Assembly (NCBI GenBank): GCA_963774265.1
Contig: CAVZDU010000007.1
Span: 224,001-288,000, forward strand
Direction: 5' to 3'
Origin: an uncultured Chloroflexia bacterium
GTDB lineage: Bacteria > Chloroflexota > Anaerolineae > CG2-30-64-16
DNA length: 64,000 nt
Shown here piece by piece: positions 29,949-41,338 of the stretch. Every line of letters begins with the position of its first letter. Position 1 is the first letter of the stretch. The notes beneath the pieces are model-generated. The model did not search any database. It was not told the origin of the DNA and worked only from the letters and a program-made list of their open reading frames with translations. Made by a program: the position numbers and the translations under genes.

Positions 29949-32900
29949 ATGAGCCAACAGGGGACTGCAGGGTCGCAGGCACGACGGCCACGTATCGGCT
30001 ACATCACACCCAGGATCAGCGATCACCACGGGCTGGCGATCTGGCGCGGCATAGTCGAGACGGCACAGGCGCGCGGCGTGGATGTGCTCAGTTTTGTGGG
30101 CGGTGAGGTGCAGCACGGGGAAGATGCCGGGCGCCGAGCCAATGCGATCTACGACCTGGTTGACCTGGAGCATCTTGATGGGCTGGTGGTGTGGGGTGCA
30201 TCCCTGGGCTACCATGCCGGCCCCGACGCCACCTACGACTTCTGCCGTCGTTTCCAACCCCTGCCCCTGGTCAGCATCGGCATCGCGCTGCCCGGCATTC
30301 CCGGCGTCGTCCTGGATAGCTACGGCGGGACGCGTGCGGAGATGGCCCACCTCATCGAGGTCCACGGACGGCGCCGACTGGCGTTTATCCGGGGACCGGC
30401 GTCCCATCGTGAAGCCAGCGAGCGCTATCGATCCTACTGCGACGCGCTGGCTGTCTATGGCATCCCCTTCGACCCGGATCTCGTTTCACCACCCTATCTG
30501 TGGGTGCACGACGAACGGCGCCGAGGCCATCCGCCTGTTCCTGGATGAACGCTGCGTGCAGTTCGATGCGATCGTCGCGGCCAGCGACACCCTCGCACTG
30601 GGTGCGTTGCCGGCCCTACAGGCCCGAGGCGTCCGCGTGCCAGGCCAGGTGTCGGTCGTCGGTTTTGACGATCGGCCGGCCAGCCGCGTCCTCACACCGC
30701 CGTTGACCACCCTCAAGATCAGCATGCGGGAGCGCGGCCGCCAGGCAGTGTCCATGCTCCTGGCGCGGCTGGCGGGCGAGAGCTTGCCTGATGAAACATC
30801 GCTGCCCGCACGACTGGTCATTCGCCGGTCGTGCGGGTGTTTCGACGCCGAGGTGGTGCGCGCAGGTGACAGCTCGGGCGAATCTCCGGCCCCGGAGATT
30901 CCGAGTGCCCCAGCCATTCTGGCCGGCGAGGAAGCGATCGCCGGGGTGACACTTGCGGTGGTAGCATCCCCCGCAGTTCCGGGTATGGACCGGGAGCTGG
31001 AAGGTGTTGATTCTAGCACCCCGACGCGGGCCGCTTTTGCTCGACGCTTTGCTGTCGGAGCTGGGTGGGGGAGAGCCGGGAAGCTTTCTCGTTACGCTCG
31101 ATGACCTCTTGCGCCAGGCCGTGGATGCAGGGGGCGAGGCGTGGGCCTGGCACGGGGTGATTTCGGCGCTGCGGGAACAGATACTGCAGCGGTTGGCCGG
31201 CGAGGGTCAAAGATTGGGACATGCCGAGAGCCTCTGGCACCAGGCACGCGTGCTGATCGGTGAGTACGCCTGGCGCGCGCAGGCCGACACCAATCGACAT
31301 GCGAGCCAACAATTTGACAGGCTGCACGAAATCAGCCAGGTCGCTGGCCCTGGCCGGGGATGTTCCCGAGCTGATGGACATCCTGGCGCGGCCGAGCTGC
31401 CTGCCCTGGGCATCGGTTCCTGTGCCGTGGCCCTGTACGAGGACCGGCCATCCGGCGAAGATACGGCGCAGGAGCCCGCCGGGGCTTGCCGGTTGGTGTT
31501 AGCCTACGATGAGGATGGCCGCGCCGAGACTGCCGCCCGCTGGAGAAGCCTGGCATGCTCCTCTCCTGGCATCGGGAGGGCTGCTGGCAGGCGCTGCTTC
31601 TCCAGGCGCCGAAGGCGCCGAGATGCGGCAACACAGCGTGAACACCCTCGTCGTCGAGCCGTTGTTCTCCCGGGATGAGCAGCTGGGCTTCATCATGCTG
31701 GACGGCAGCGGCTGCGAGGGCCAGGTCTATCGGGTTCTGCAGGAACAGATCAGCAGCGCGCTGAAGAGCGTGTTGCTGTTGCAGGAGAACGTTCGTTTGT
31801 ACCATGCCGCGGCGCTGCGTGCAGAGCGCAGCGACGCTGCACAGCAGGCAGCACAGGAGAAACAACGCCTGGCCGAAGAGGCCGACCGCCTCAAGAGCCG
31901 CTTCCTGTCCATGGTCAGCCACGAGCTGCGCACGCCGCTGATCCTGCTGGAGGGGCTGAGCGAGATGATGCTGCGCGAGGGACTGGGCAGCCGGCCGCCG
32001 TGCCCGCTCCGTACCGCCAGGATCTGGCGCGCATCCGTGCAACCGCCCAGCAACTGGGCGGACTGGTGCGGGATGTGCTGGACCTGGCCCGCAGCCAGGT
32101 CGGCCAGTTGCGACTGGCGGTCAAGCCGCTCGACATCGCAGCCGTGCTGCAACCCACGATCCTGGTCGGCGAGCAGATGGCTCGCAGCAAGGGCCTGGAC
32201 TGGCAGGTGGAGATCGCGCCCGACCTTGCCGGAGGTCTGTGGGGATGGCGCCAGGCTGCAGGAAGTGACCCTGAACCTGATTTCCAACGCGGTCAAGTTC
32301 ACTGCCCTGGGCGAAGTGCGACTGCGGATAGATGCAGACAAGGGCGACGTGGTCGTGTCGATCAGCGACACCGGTCTGGGCGTGCCTCTGGAGGAGCAAC
32401 AGGCCATCTTCGATGAGTTTCGGCAGTCCGAGCGCACTGCCGCACGCGGCTTCGGTGGGCTGGGTGTGGGCCTGGCCATCTGCCGGGAAATCGTCCGCCT
32501 GCACGGCGGTGAGATCGGCGTCCGGTCGTCCGGGCTTGTGGATGGGGGCTCGAGCTTCTTCTACCGTCTTCCCGCGCTTGAGCCGGCTGCCCCACGCGCC
32601 GCAGCACCCCCCGCAGTTTCGGGCGCCGAGCCGCCATCGCAGTCGATTGAGGCCAGGCCGGTGGGGCTACCGCCCTGCACCAGCCGCTCGCAGGCTGTGG
32701 TGTTGCTGACCGAGCAAGCCGCCGGCGGTGAATTGCTCCACGCTCATTTGCGGGAGCAGGGTTTCGACGTGGAGGTGCTGCCGGTTGAGGATCAGGGTGA
32801 CTGGCTGGCACAATTGCTGGCCGCGGCGGCCGGGCGCCGTGGTGCTGGACCTGCAGCCCACCTGGGAACGCGGCTGGCAGCTGTTTGACGTCCTGAAACA

Positions 32901-33803
32901 TAGCGAGGCCACCCAGGACATCCCCGTGCTTGCTTTACTCGCTGCTGGCCGAGCAGGGACAGGGGGCTATGCTGGCGCTGGACTACCTTCCCAAGCCGAT
33001 GGGTCCCGCCGCTTTGGCCCAGGCGCTGCAAAACCTGGGATTGGCAGATCGCGAGGTCCAGAACCAGGCGATCCTCATCGCGGACGACGATCCCGCCATT
33101 CTGGCGCTGCATGGCGACATGGTGCGCGAGCGCTTCCCGAGTTGTCGCATCCTGGCGGCGGCGAACGGGCGGCAGGCGCTTGAGTCTCTCCAGCGCGGCG
33201 AGAACGCCTCTCGTTCGTCTTGCTGGACCTGATGATGCCCGAACTGGACGGAATCGGCGTGCTGGAGGCCATGCAGCACGACGACGCGATTGCGCGACTA
33301 TCCCGGTTATTGTGCTGACGGCGCAATGTCTTTCGGAGGATGATATGGGTCGCCTCGGCCGCGGCGTGGCGTCCATCCTGCAGAAGGGTATGTTTACGAC
33401 GGAAGAGACGCTGGCGCAGGTGCAACGGGCCTTGGCTCGCAACAAACGCCTGGGTAATGAGACCCAGCGGCTGGCACGCAAGGTCATGGCCTACATCCAC
33501 GCGCACTACTCTGAAGACATCTCGCGAGAACAAATGGCCAGCCATGCGGGCATCAGTGAAAGGCACCTCACGCGCTGTTTCGTGCAGGAAGCCGGCCTGA
33601 CACCTATCGATTACCTGAACCGCTTCCGGGTGGCGCAAGCGCGCCGCCTGTTGGATGAAGGCCACACGAACATCACCGAGGTCATGAGCGCGGTCGGGTT
33701 CAGCGACAGCAGCTATTTCTCCAGGATCTTCCGGCGCGAGGCCGGCATGTCACCCAGCGCCTACCGGAATCAAGCCCACCCCCCGGCCCACAACCTGTCC
33801 TAA
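29949..33803 (+). CDS. Soluble hybrid regulator: LacI-type sugar-binding domain, histidine kinase, two REC domains and AraC HTH; multiple frameshifts
   Basis: HGRRRLAFIRGP/VVGFDD/PPLTT/LVIRRSCGC; MVSHELRTP, NLISNAVKF, DTGLG, GLGVGL; ILIADDDP..LDLMMP; C-terminal AVGFSDSSYFSRIFRR; no TM helix seen. Confidence 0.85.
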
Positions 33804-33859
33804 TCCGACGACAGGGTGTCCCAAAAACACAAGACACAGCGGGAATCAAGGACTACACT
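33796..33859 (+). promoter_or_regulatory. Putative AraC-type direct repeats and -10 element
   Basis: TGTCC at 33796 and 33817 (21-bp spacing), each followed downstream by GACA; TACACT at 33854. Confidence 0.4.
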
Positions 33860-33926
33860 TATCATGAGTTCATCGTCCCTTTGGGATGTACAAGTGTGGT
33901 GATGCGTCTGGCGGGGAGCGAGCCAG

Positions 33927-34307
33927 ATGACAAAGAGCGTCATCATCGCAGTCAACGATCCGAACATCCTGTACCTTCTTCAGCGCTACGCCGAAGAGAG
34001 CGGCTTCGAGACGATCAGCGCGTCTCGATGCAAAGACGTGCTGGCCTTGCTGGCCCACCCGGCAAGCCCCGCACTCATCATCCTGGACAGCGAATTGTCG
34101 GGCGCAACCGCCCGGAAGATGTGGCGTGGGCTGGAGGTCGAAGCCGCAGCCCGTAACATCCCCGTCGTGGTCTACTCGTATCTGGATGAGCCGGCCGAGG
34201 CGTGTCATGAGGGCGTGGCCGGCTGTCTGCCCAACTCGGTCATGTACGACGATTTTGTGGCGGCGTTGAAAAGCGCCGGCGTCTCTCTGGAACCCGCCTT
34301 TTCGTAG
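33927..34307 (+). CDS. Stand-alone atypical receiver domain protein
   Basis: [25 protein letters not shown]; the conserved Lys is absent (CLPNS). Confidence 0.7.
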   Translation: MTKSVIIAVNDPNILYLLQRYAEESGFETISASRCKDVLALLAHPASPALIILDSELSGATARKMWRGLEVEAAARNIPVVVYSYLDEPAEACHEGVAGCLPNSVMYDDFVAALKSAGVSLEPAFS

Positions 34308-34341
34308 CAGCATCCCTCGCAGTCTCGGGTATGGGGAGCCT

Positions 34342-35379
34342 ATGATCGGACAGACCACCGAAAGTCCCAAGCTCCTCGAAGTCGTCGATCTGAAGAAGCA
34401 CTTCCCCATCAAGCGTGGCTTTCTGTTCTCCAAACAGGTGGGCAGTGTCCGAGCGGTGGACGGGGTGAGCTTCTTCATCCGCGAAGGCGAGACCCTGGGG
34501 TTGGTCGGCGAGAGCGGCTGCGGCAAGACGACGATCGGCCGGCTGATTCTGCGCGCCTATGATCCGACCGCGGCGATATCTGGTTCACCGACCGCAAGCT
34601 GGGCCGGGTCAACGTCGCCGAGCATGGGGGAGGCGCAGCTCCGGCACCTGCGCCAGAACATGCAGTTGATTTTCCAGGACCCCTATTCGTCGCTCAATCC
34701 GCGCATGACGCTGCTGGAGATCGTCGGCGAGCCGCTCTATACGAACGGCGTCGCCAAGGGCAGCGAGCTGAAGGAGCGGGTCGCCGAATTGCTGAAGGTG
34801 GTGGGCCTGCGGCCCGAGTACATGACCCGCTACCCGCACGCCTTCAGCGGCGGGCAGCGCCAGCGCATCGGCGTCGCGCGCGCCCTGGCGCTGCATCCGC
34901 AGCTCGTCGTCTGCGATGAGCCGGTCTCGGCGCTCGATGTATCGGTCCAGGCGCAGATCCTCAACCTGCTCCAGGAGCTTCAGGAGCAGTTCGGCCTGAC
35001 CTACCTGTTCATTTCGCACGACTTGAGCGTGGTCGAGCACATCAGCGACCGGGTGGCGGTGATGTATGTGGGCAAGCTGGTCGAGAGCGCCAGCACAGAG
35101 GAGCTGTTCAGCAACCCCCGGCATCCCTACACCGAGGCGCTGCTCTCGGCCGTGCCCAAGCCCGATCCGCGCATCCACACCGAGGTGATCGTGATGCCGG
35201 CGAAGTGGCCGATCCGGCTCATCCGCCCAGCGGATGCTATTTCCACCCGCGCTGCCGGTATTGGGTGGATCGCTGCGCAACCGAAGAACCGATCTTGCGA
35301 GAGATTTCGCCGGATCACTTCGTCAGTTGCCACCGGGCAGAGGAGCTATCACTCGTCGGTGTCCAGACTGCTGGCCTGA
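34342..35379 (+). CDS. Oligopeptide-type ABC ATP-binding protein (OppF/DppF-like), with indels
   Basis: [42 protein letters not shown]; [10 protein letters not shown] in a shifted frame. Confidence 0.93.
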   Translation: MIGQTTESPKLLEVVDLKKHFPIKRGFLFSKQVGSVRAVDGVSFFIREGETLGLVGESGCGKTTIGRLILRAYDPTAAISGSPTASWAGSTSPSMGEAQLRHLRQNMQLIFQDPYSSLNPRMTLLEIVGEPLYTNGVAKGSELKERVAELLKVVGLRPEYMTRYPHAFSGGQRQRIGVARALALHPQLVVCDEPVSALDVSVQAQILNLLQELQEQFGLTYLFISHDLSVVEHISDRVAVMYVGKLVESASTEELFSNPRHPYTEALLSAVPKPDPRIHTEVIVMPAKWPIRLIRPADAISTRAAGIGWIAAQPKNRSCERFRRITSSVATGQRSYHSSVSRLLA

Positions 35380-35504
35380 CCGACGGTCTCCTCTTGCCAG
35401 GCCAATGAAAGGAGATGCCTGTCGAGCGTGACATGCAATCAAGATGCCATCGGAACGAACGCGACACGGATCATAGGACTGCTCTTCCAAGGAGGCAATG
35501 CACC

Positions 35505-37628
35505 ATGAAAGGGCGAAGGATCAACCGACGTGAGTTCATTCGACTGTCGGCGATGACAGCGGTAGGGGCGGCGGCAGCCGCCTGCGGCGCTCAGGCGACG
35601 CCAACCGCCGTGCCGCCGACTGCTGTGCCGCCGACCGCTGTGCCGCCGACTGCCGTGCCGGCCGCCGTCGTGGCGCCGACCGCTGTGCCACCGACTGCCG
35701 TGCCACCGACTGCCGTACCACCAACCGCCGTGCCCGCCGCCAAGTACAAGGAAGCCCCCATGCTGGCGGAGCTGGTCAAGGCGGGCAAGCTGCCGCCCGT
35801 GGATGAGCGGCTGCCCAAGAATCCCCTGGGTCGATGGAGGCGATACGAAGGAATCGGCAAGTACGGCGGCACCTGGCGCCGCGCGTTCAAGGGCGTGTCC
35901 GACTACTGGGGACCCACCAAGCTGCGTGGACCGCTCGTGGGCCTGGTTCGACAAGGACCTGAACCTCTTCCCGCGCATGCTCGAATCGTGGCAGGTCAGC
36001 CCGGACGGCAAGGTGTGGACCCTCAAGATGCGCGAGGGGCTCAAGTGGTCGGACGGCAAGGCGGATTACACCACCGATGACCTCGCCTTCTGGTACCAGT
36101 ACGAGCTGCAGAACAAGAAACTGACCCCCGGCACGCAGACCATCTGGACACGACCCGGACAAGACGCTCGTCAAGTTCGAGGCGGTGGACAAGTACACAG
36201 CTAAGTTCACCTACGGCAAACCCAAGCCGATGTTCATCTACAATATGACCCGCGGCGGCACGGGCGGTGGCGCAACCATCGCACCCCTGCCCGTATCGCC
36301 CAGCCACTACATGAAGGAGTTCCACGAGGATACCACATCCGATAAGGCCAAGCTGGAGGCTGACGATCAAGGAACGCGGCTCCGCCGACTGGCAGACCTA
36401 CTACATGCAGTTCGCCAGGCAGTGGACCATGCCAATCCCGACCGGCCGACCCTCGGTCCTTGGGTTCCCAAGGGCACCCTCACCGACGAGTTGTTCGTCA
36501 TCGAGCGCAACCCCTACTTCTTCGCGGTGGATGAGGAAGGCCAACAGCTGCCCTACATCGACAAGGTCACGCATCGGCTGTATGGAATCGCCAGAGGTGC
36601 TGCAACTTGTGGATCACCAACGGCGAGATCGACATGCAGTACCGCCACATGCAGGATCGGCGACCTGCCGCTTTACAAGCAGAGCGAGGCCAAGGGAGAC
36701 TACAAGATGGTGCTCGGCGTTCTGGCCAGTCACGTCGCCATGCAGCTCAACCTCACGCACCAAGAAGCAAGCTGCTCAACGAGTTCTTCAACGAGCGCAA
36801 CGTGCGCATCGCCCTCTCATACGCGATCAATCGCGACGAGATCAACCAATTGGTATACAACGGCTTGCTGAAGCCGCGGCAGTACAGCCCGCTGCCGATG
36901 TCGCCGCAGTACTACGAGAAGGCTTCTAGCGCCTACCTGGAGTACGACCCGGACACGGCGAACAAGCTCCTGGACGAAGCCGGCTACGACCAAGAAGGAT
37001 GCCAACGGCATCCGGCTGCTACAAAGATGGCACGACCCCATCAGCTTCATCCTCGAGGGCATCGAACAAACGACACGCCAGCTCGAAGATGCCTTCGGGC
37101 TCATCTCCAAGGTACTTCGCGAAGGTTGGCGTCAAGATGACCTACAAGTACGTCGAGCGGGCCCTCTACACCGAACATTACGATGCCAACGACCTCGATG
37201 GCGGCCCTGGGGCGGGGATCGCACCGTGTTGCCGATGGTGCCCGAGGCCATCATCTTCCGCGGCACCCAGCGCGGACCGGCCGTGGTGTCCTGGCTGGAG
37301 CTACTACTACCAGGAGCCGGACAGCCCGATCGCTGTCAAGCCGCCGGACGGGCACTGGATCTGGGAGATTTGGCGGATCTGGGACGAAGAGGTCGTCGTG
37401 GAGCCCGATCCCGCCAAGCAGACCGAAGCGTTCAAGAAGCTTCTCGACGTCTGGGCCGAGGAGCTGCCGATGATCACCCTGCTCGGCGAGAGGCCGTCCG
37501 TGACGATCGTCAAGAACGGCTTCAAGGGCTACCCGGCCGGCATGCCGAATGACGACACCACTGGCGACGAGCATTTCTGCCAGGATGAGACCTACTACTG
37601 GGACGACCCGGCGAAACATACGACATAA
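35505..37628 (+). CDS. Family-5 (Opp-type) ABC substrate-binding lipoprotein with Tat signal, multiple frameshifts
   Basis: GGAGG RBS; INRREFIRLS twin-Arg, AAAC lipobox; EAPML...GKLPPVDERLP, REGLKWSDG, ERNPYFFAVDEEGQQLPYID. Confidence 0.9.
35601..35735 (+). repeat. 15-bp coding tandem repeat (PTAVP x4, AAVVA, PTAVP x4) forming a lipoprotein linker
   Basis: CCRACYGCYGTRCCN units. Confidence 0.9.
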
Positions 37629-37644
37629 CGGGCTAAGAGTGCAA

Positions 37645-37703
37645 GGTTGAAGGTTGAAGGCCAGTCAAGGAAGCCCTTCAACCTTCAACCCGTAACCTTC
37701 AAC
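37645..37703. repeat. Hairpin built from heptamer repeats (GGTTGAA)n/(TTCAACC)n
   Basis: GGTTGAAGGTTGAAGG (37645-37660) pairs perfectly with CCTTCAACCTTCAACC (37675-37690); an extra unit lies at 37694-37703. Confidence 0.85.
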
Positions 37704-37728
37704 TCGCGAGACGCACCGGAGGCCGTGC

Positions 37729-38726
37729 ATGTTGGCATATATCGGGCGACGGGTGCTCATCATGATCCCGACGCTCATCCTGATCTCGATCGTCACCTTC
37801 GCCATCCTTCAACTGCCGCCCGGTGATTATCTGACGTCCTACGCGGCGCAGTTGCGCACGATGGGCGAGCAGGTTGACGATGAGGCGCTGCAGTCGCTGC
37901 GCGATCGCTATGGGCTGGGCCAGCCGGTCTATGTCCAATACGGTAAATGGGTTGCGGCATCATCACGCGCGGCGACTGGGGCCAGTCGATGGAGTGGCAG
38001 CAGGCCGGTCAGCGAGCTGATCTGGGAGACGCTGGGGCTGACGGTCGCCCTGGCCGTGTTTTCGATGCTCATTAGTTGGCTGCATCGCGATCCCGATGGG
38101 CGTCTACTCGGCCACGCACCAGTATTCGATGCCGCGATTATCTCATGTCTATCTTCAGCTTCTTCGGCGTGGGCGTGCCTGCCTTCTTGTGGGCGCTGAT
38201 CATTATGTATTTCGCGCAGACCCAGCTCGGCCTGAACGTCGGTGGACTGTTCTCCGAAAAGTATCATCAACGCGCCCTGGAGCTGGGACAAGGTCGTGGA
38301 CATGTTCAAGCACTTCTGGATTCCCGGCCTTGATCGTGGCAATAGAGAACACCGCTGGCGAGCTCCGCACCACGCGCGCCAACCTGCTCGATGAGATCAA
38401 CAAGCCCTATGTCAGAGCTGGCGCGGGCCAAGGGGCTGAGCGAGGGGACGACTGATCTGGAAGTACCCGGTGCGCGTCGCGCTCAACCCGTTCTTCAGCA
38501 CTGTCGGCTGGTCGCTGGCCAACCGGATCTCGTCCATCACGCTGATGTCGGTCGTGCTCAGCCTGCAGACGACGGGCCCCATGCAGCTGCGAGCGCTCAC
38601 ATCGCAGGACATGTACCTGGCGGGCAGCGGTCCTGCTTGCTGTTGAGCGCGCTGACCGTCATCGGCACGTTGGTCTCGGACATCCTGCTGGCGTGGGTGG
38701 ATCCGCGCATCCGCCTGGAGGGGTGA
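37729..38726 (+). CDS. ABC permease (OppB-like), frameshifted
   Basis: LQLPPGDY, RYGLGQPVYVQY, RANLLDEINKPY, ARAKGL, SDILLAWVDPRIR. Confidence 0.9.
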
Positions 38727-38729
38727 GCC

Positions 38730-39909
38730 ATGACCATAACGGATCAGGCGCAGCAGGACGGCCATCGGCACAGACAGTCGAGGAGATCCTCGCCGACGCA
38801 AGTGGCGGAGAAGCGGTCTATGTCGCTCCGCCCTGGAAATTGATGTGGTGGCGGTTCCGCAAACACAAGATGGCCCTGATCTGCAGCGTGGTGCTGATTC
38901 GTTCTCTATTTCGTCGCGCTCTTCTGCGAGTTCGTCGCGCCGTACGATCCCGATCAGGCGATGATCCAGTTCAAGCAGGTGCCGCCCACAGAGATTCACA
39001 TTCGCGATGTCGAGGGGCAGTTTCATTGGCCGTTCGTCTATCAGCATAAGCGCGCGATGGATCCGCAAACGTTTCAGATCACCTATACCGAAGATACCAC
39101 CATCCGGTATCCGATCCGCTTCTTCGTTCACGACTTTCAAGTACAAGTTGTTGGGGCTGCTGGAAGACGGACGTCCACCTGTTGGGTCTCTCTCCCGAGG
39201 CCAGGAACAAGCAGGGCATCTTTCTCTTCGGGACCGATCGGCTGGGGCGGGATATGTTCTCCCGTGTTTCGTATGGCGCGCGCATTTCGCTCTCGATGGG
39301 CCTGGTCAGCGTGTTCCTCAGCCTGGTGCTGGGCGTCCTCCTGGGCGGCATCTCGGGCTATTTCGGCGGGAAAGCGGATGTCATCATCCAGCGCGTGATC
39401 GAGTTTGTCCGCACCATCCCGACCATTCCGCTCTAGATGACGCTGAGCGCGGCGCTGCCGACGGACTGGCCTGTCGAGCGGGTCTACTTCGGCATCACCA
39501 TGATCCTGGCCGCTGGTGGGGTGGACCTGGATGGCGCGTGTGGTGCGCGGGCGGTTCCTGGCCATGCGCGAGGAGGACTTCGTGCTCGCGGCCCGGCTGA
39601 ACGGCTCCAGCGAGATGCGCATCATCCTGCGTCACATGCTGCCGTCCTTCCTCAGCTACATCATCGCCGCGCTGACGCTGAATATCCCCAACATGATCCT
39701 GTGCCGAGACCGGCCTGAGCTTCATCGGCCTGGGGCTGCGTCCGCCGGCGATCAGTTGGGGCGTGCTGCTGCAGGAAGCGATGAACTTGCGCTCGTTGGT
39801 CCTGGCGCCGTGGGTGCTGGCGCCGGGCATCGCCGTGGTGATTTCGGTGTTGGCGTTCAACTTCGTCGGCGATGGCCTGCGCGACGCCGCCGATCCCTAC
39901 GCCCGATAG
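38730..39909 (+). CDS. ABC permease (OppC-like), frameshifts and one in-frame TAG at 39434
   Basis: WWRFRKHK, FGTDRLGRDMFSR, RHMLP, LSFIGLGLRPPAISWG, GDGLRDAADPY. Confidence 0.9.
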
Positions 39910-39923
39910 CAGGAGCCCTCGAC

Positions 39924-40965
39924 ATGAAACAAGATCAACTGTCTTATTGAAGTCAAGGACCTGCGGACCTACTTCTTCCTGGATGAGGGCACGGTCCGGG
40001 CCGTCGACGGGGTCGATTTCAACATCTGTCGCGGCCAGACGTTGGGCGTGGTCGGCGAGAGCGGCTGCGGCAAGAGCGTCACCGCACGCTCGATCCTGCG
40101 CATCGTGCCCAAACCGGGACGCATCGTCGAGCGGCGAGATCACCCTCTTCCGCAAGTGCGACCTCAACGGCGGCGAGGACGGCAGCGAGCAGATAGAGGA
40201 AGTCAGGCTGACCGAGCTCGACCCGACCGGCCGCGACGATGCGCAGCATCCGCGGGTGCGAGATCGCGCTCGTGCCGCAAGAGCCGATGGCCTCCCTCAG
40301 CCCGGTGCACACCATCGGCAACCAGATCGCGGAAGCGATCATGCTGCACCAGGAAGTAGACAAGCATATGGGCCGCGCTCAAGGCCATCGAAATGCTCGA
40401 TCTGGCCGGCTTCCCGGAACCCAAGGAGCGTGTGGACTGCTATCCGCATCAGCTCTCGGGAGGGTTGCGCCAGCGCGCGGTGATCGCAATGGCGCTCTCC
40501 TGCCATCCCAGCCTGCTGATCGCCGACGAGCCGACGACCGCGCTGGACGTGACGACCGAGGCCCAGATCCTGCGGCTGATGCGCAGCCTCCAGAGCGAGC
40601 TGGGCATGGCGATCATGTATATCACGCACAACCTGGGCGTCGTAGCGCAGATGTGCGAAGATGTGATCGTGATGTACATGGGCAAGGTGGTTGAAGAAAG
40701 CAGCGTGGATGCCCTCTTCCATTCCCCACTGCACCCCTACACGCAGGCGCTGCTGCGCTCCATCCCGCGGTTGGGCCAGAAGCGGCATGGACAGCGGCTG
40801 GAATCCATCCGCGGGAGCGTGCCCGACCCCTATGCGATTCCTAAAGGGTGTTCCTTTCATCCGCGCTGCACAAAGCGCATCCGGGGCGTGTGCGATCGGG
40901 AGCTGCCGCCGTGGCTCGAGGTGGAGCCGGGGCACAAGGTGCGGTGCGTCCTCTACGGGAAGTAG
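39924..40965 (+). CDS. ABC ATP-binding protein (OppD-like), frameshifted
   Basis: [42 protein letters not shown]. Confidence 0.92.
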
Positions 40966-40968
40966 GCC

Positions 40969-41317
40969 ATGCGACGTCGCGCCGAAAGGTCCTTTGTTTC
41001 ACGTCCTGGCATATCTGCTCTGGATGGTGAGTATTGCCGCCTGCGTGGCTGCCGTCTTCCAGATCCAATCCGCAGTTAACGTGCTCGGGGCCGCGCTCGG
41101 CGCGGACGGTTACGCACTCCGCCTGGCTAACCAGGTCACCCTGTTGCTGGGTGGTTTGGCTGCTTTCATCTACGTGGTATTCTTGGAAGGACATTATCGT
41201 GAAGGCGCCAGGCTGGACGTCTTGCTGAGGCGCTTTGCGGTGACAATCGCCATTCTGCTCGGCATCGTGGCCCTATCTCTGGCGCTGGTCGAGATCGGCC
41301 TGCGCGCCATACATTAG
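40969..41317 (+). CDS. Small three-TM membrane protein (start approximate; likely indel near the 5' end)
   Basis: Three hydrophobic helices; ATG follows the OppD stop by 3 nt but is one base out of frame. Confidence 0.6.
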
Positions 41318-41338
41318 GGTGAGCCAACAAGAGGAAAA

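Noticed and set aside
35601-35735. PTAVP repeats as a CRISPR array or RiPP precursor
   Set aside because: They are spacer-less 15-bp coding repeats with synonymous variation inside a lipoprotein linker
39434-39436. In-frame TAG in the OppC-like gene as pyrrolysine or readthrough
   Set aside because: It sits where Trp (TGG) is expected in IPTIPLW; it is a single substitution in an error-rich region, and no pyl genes are seen
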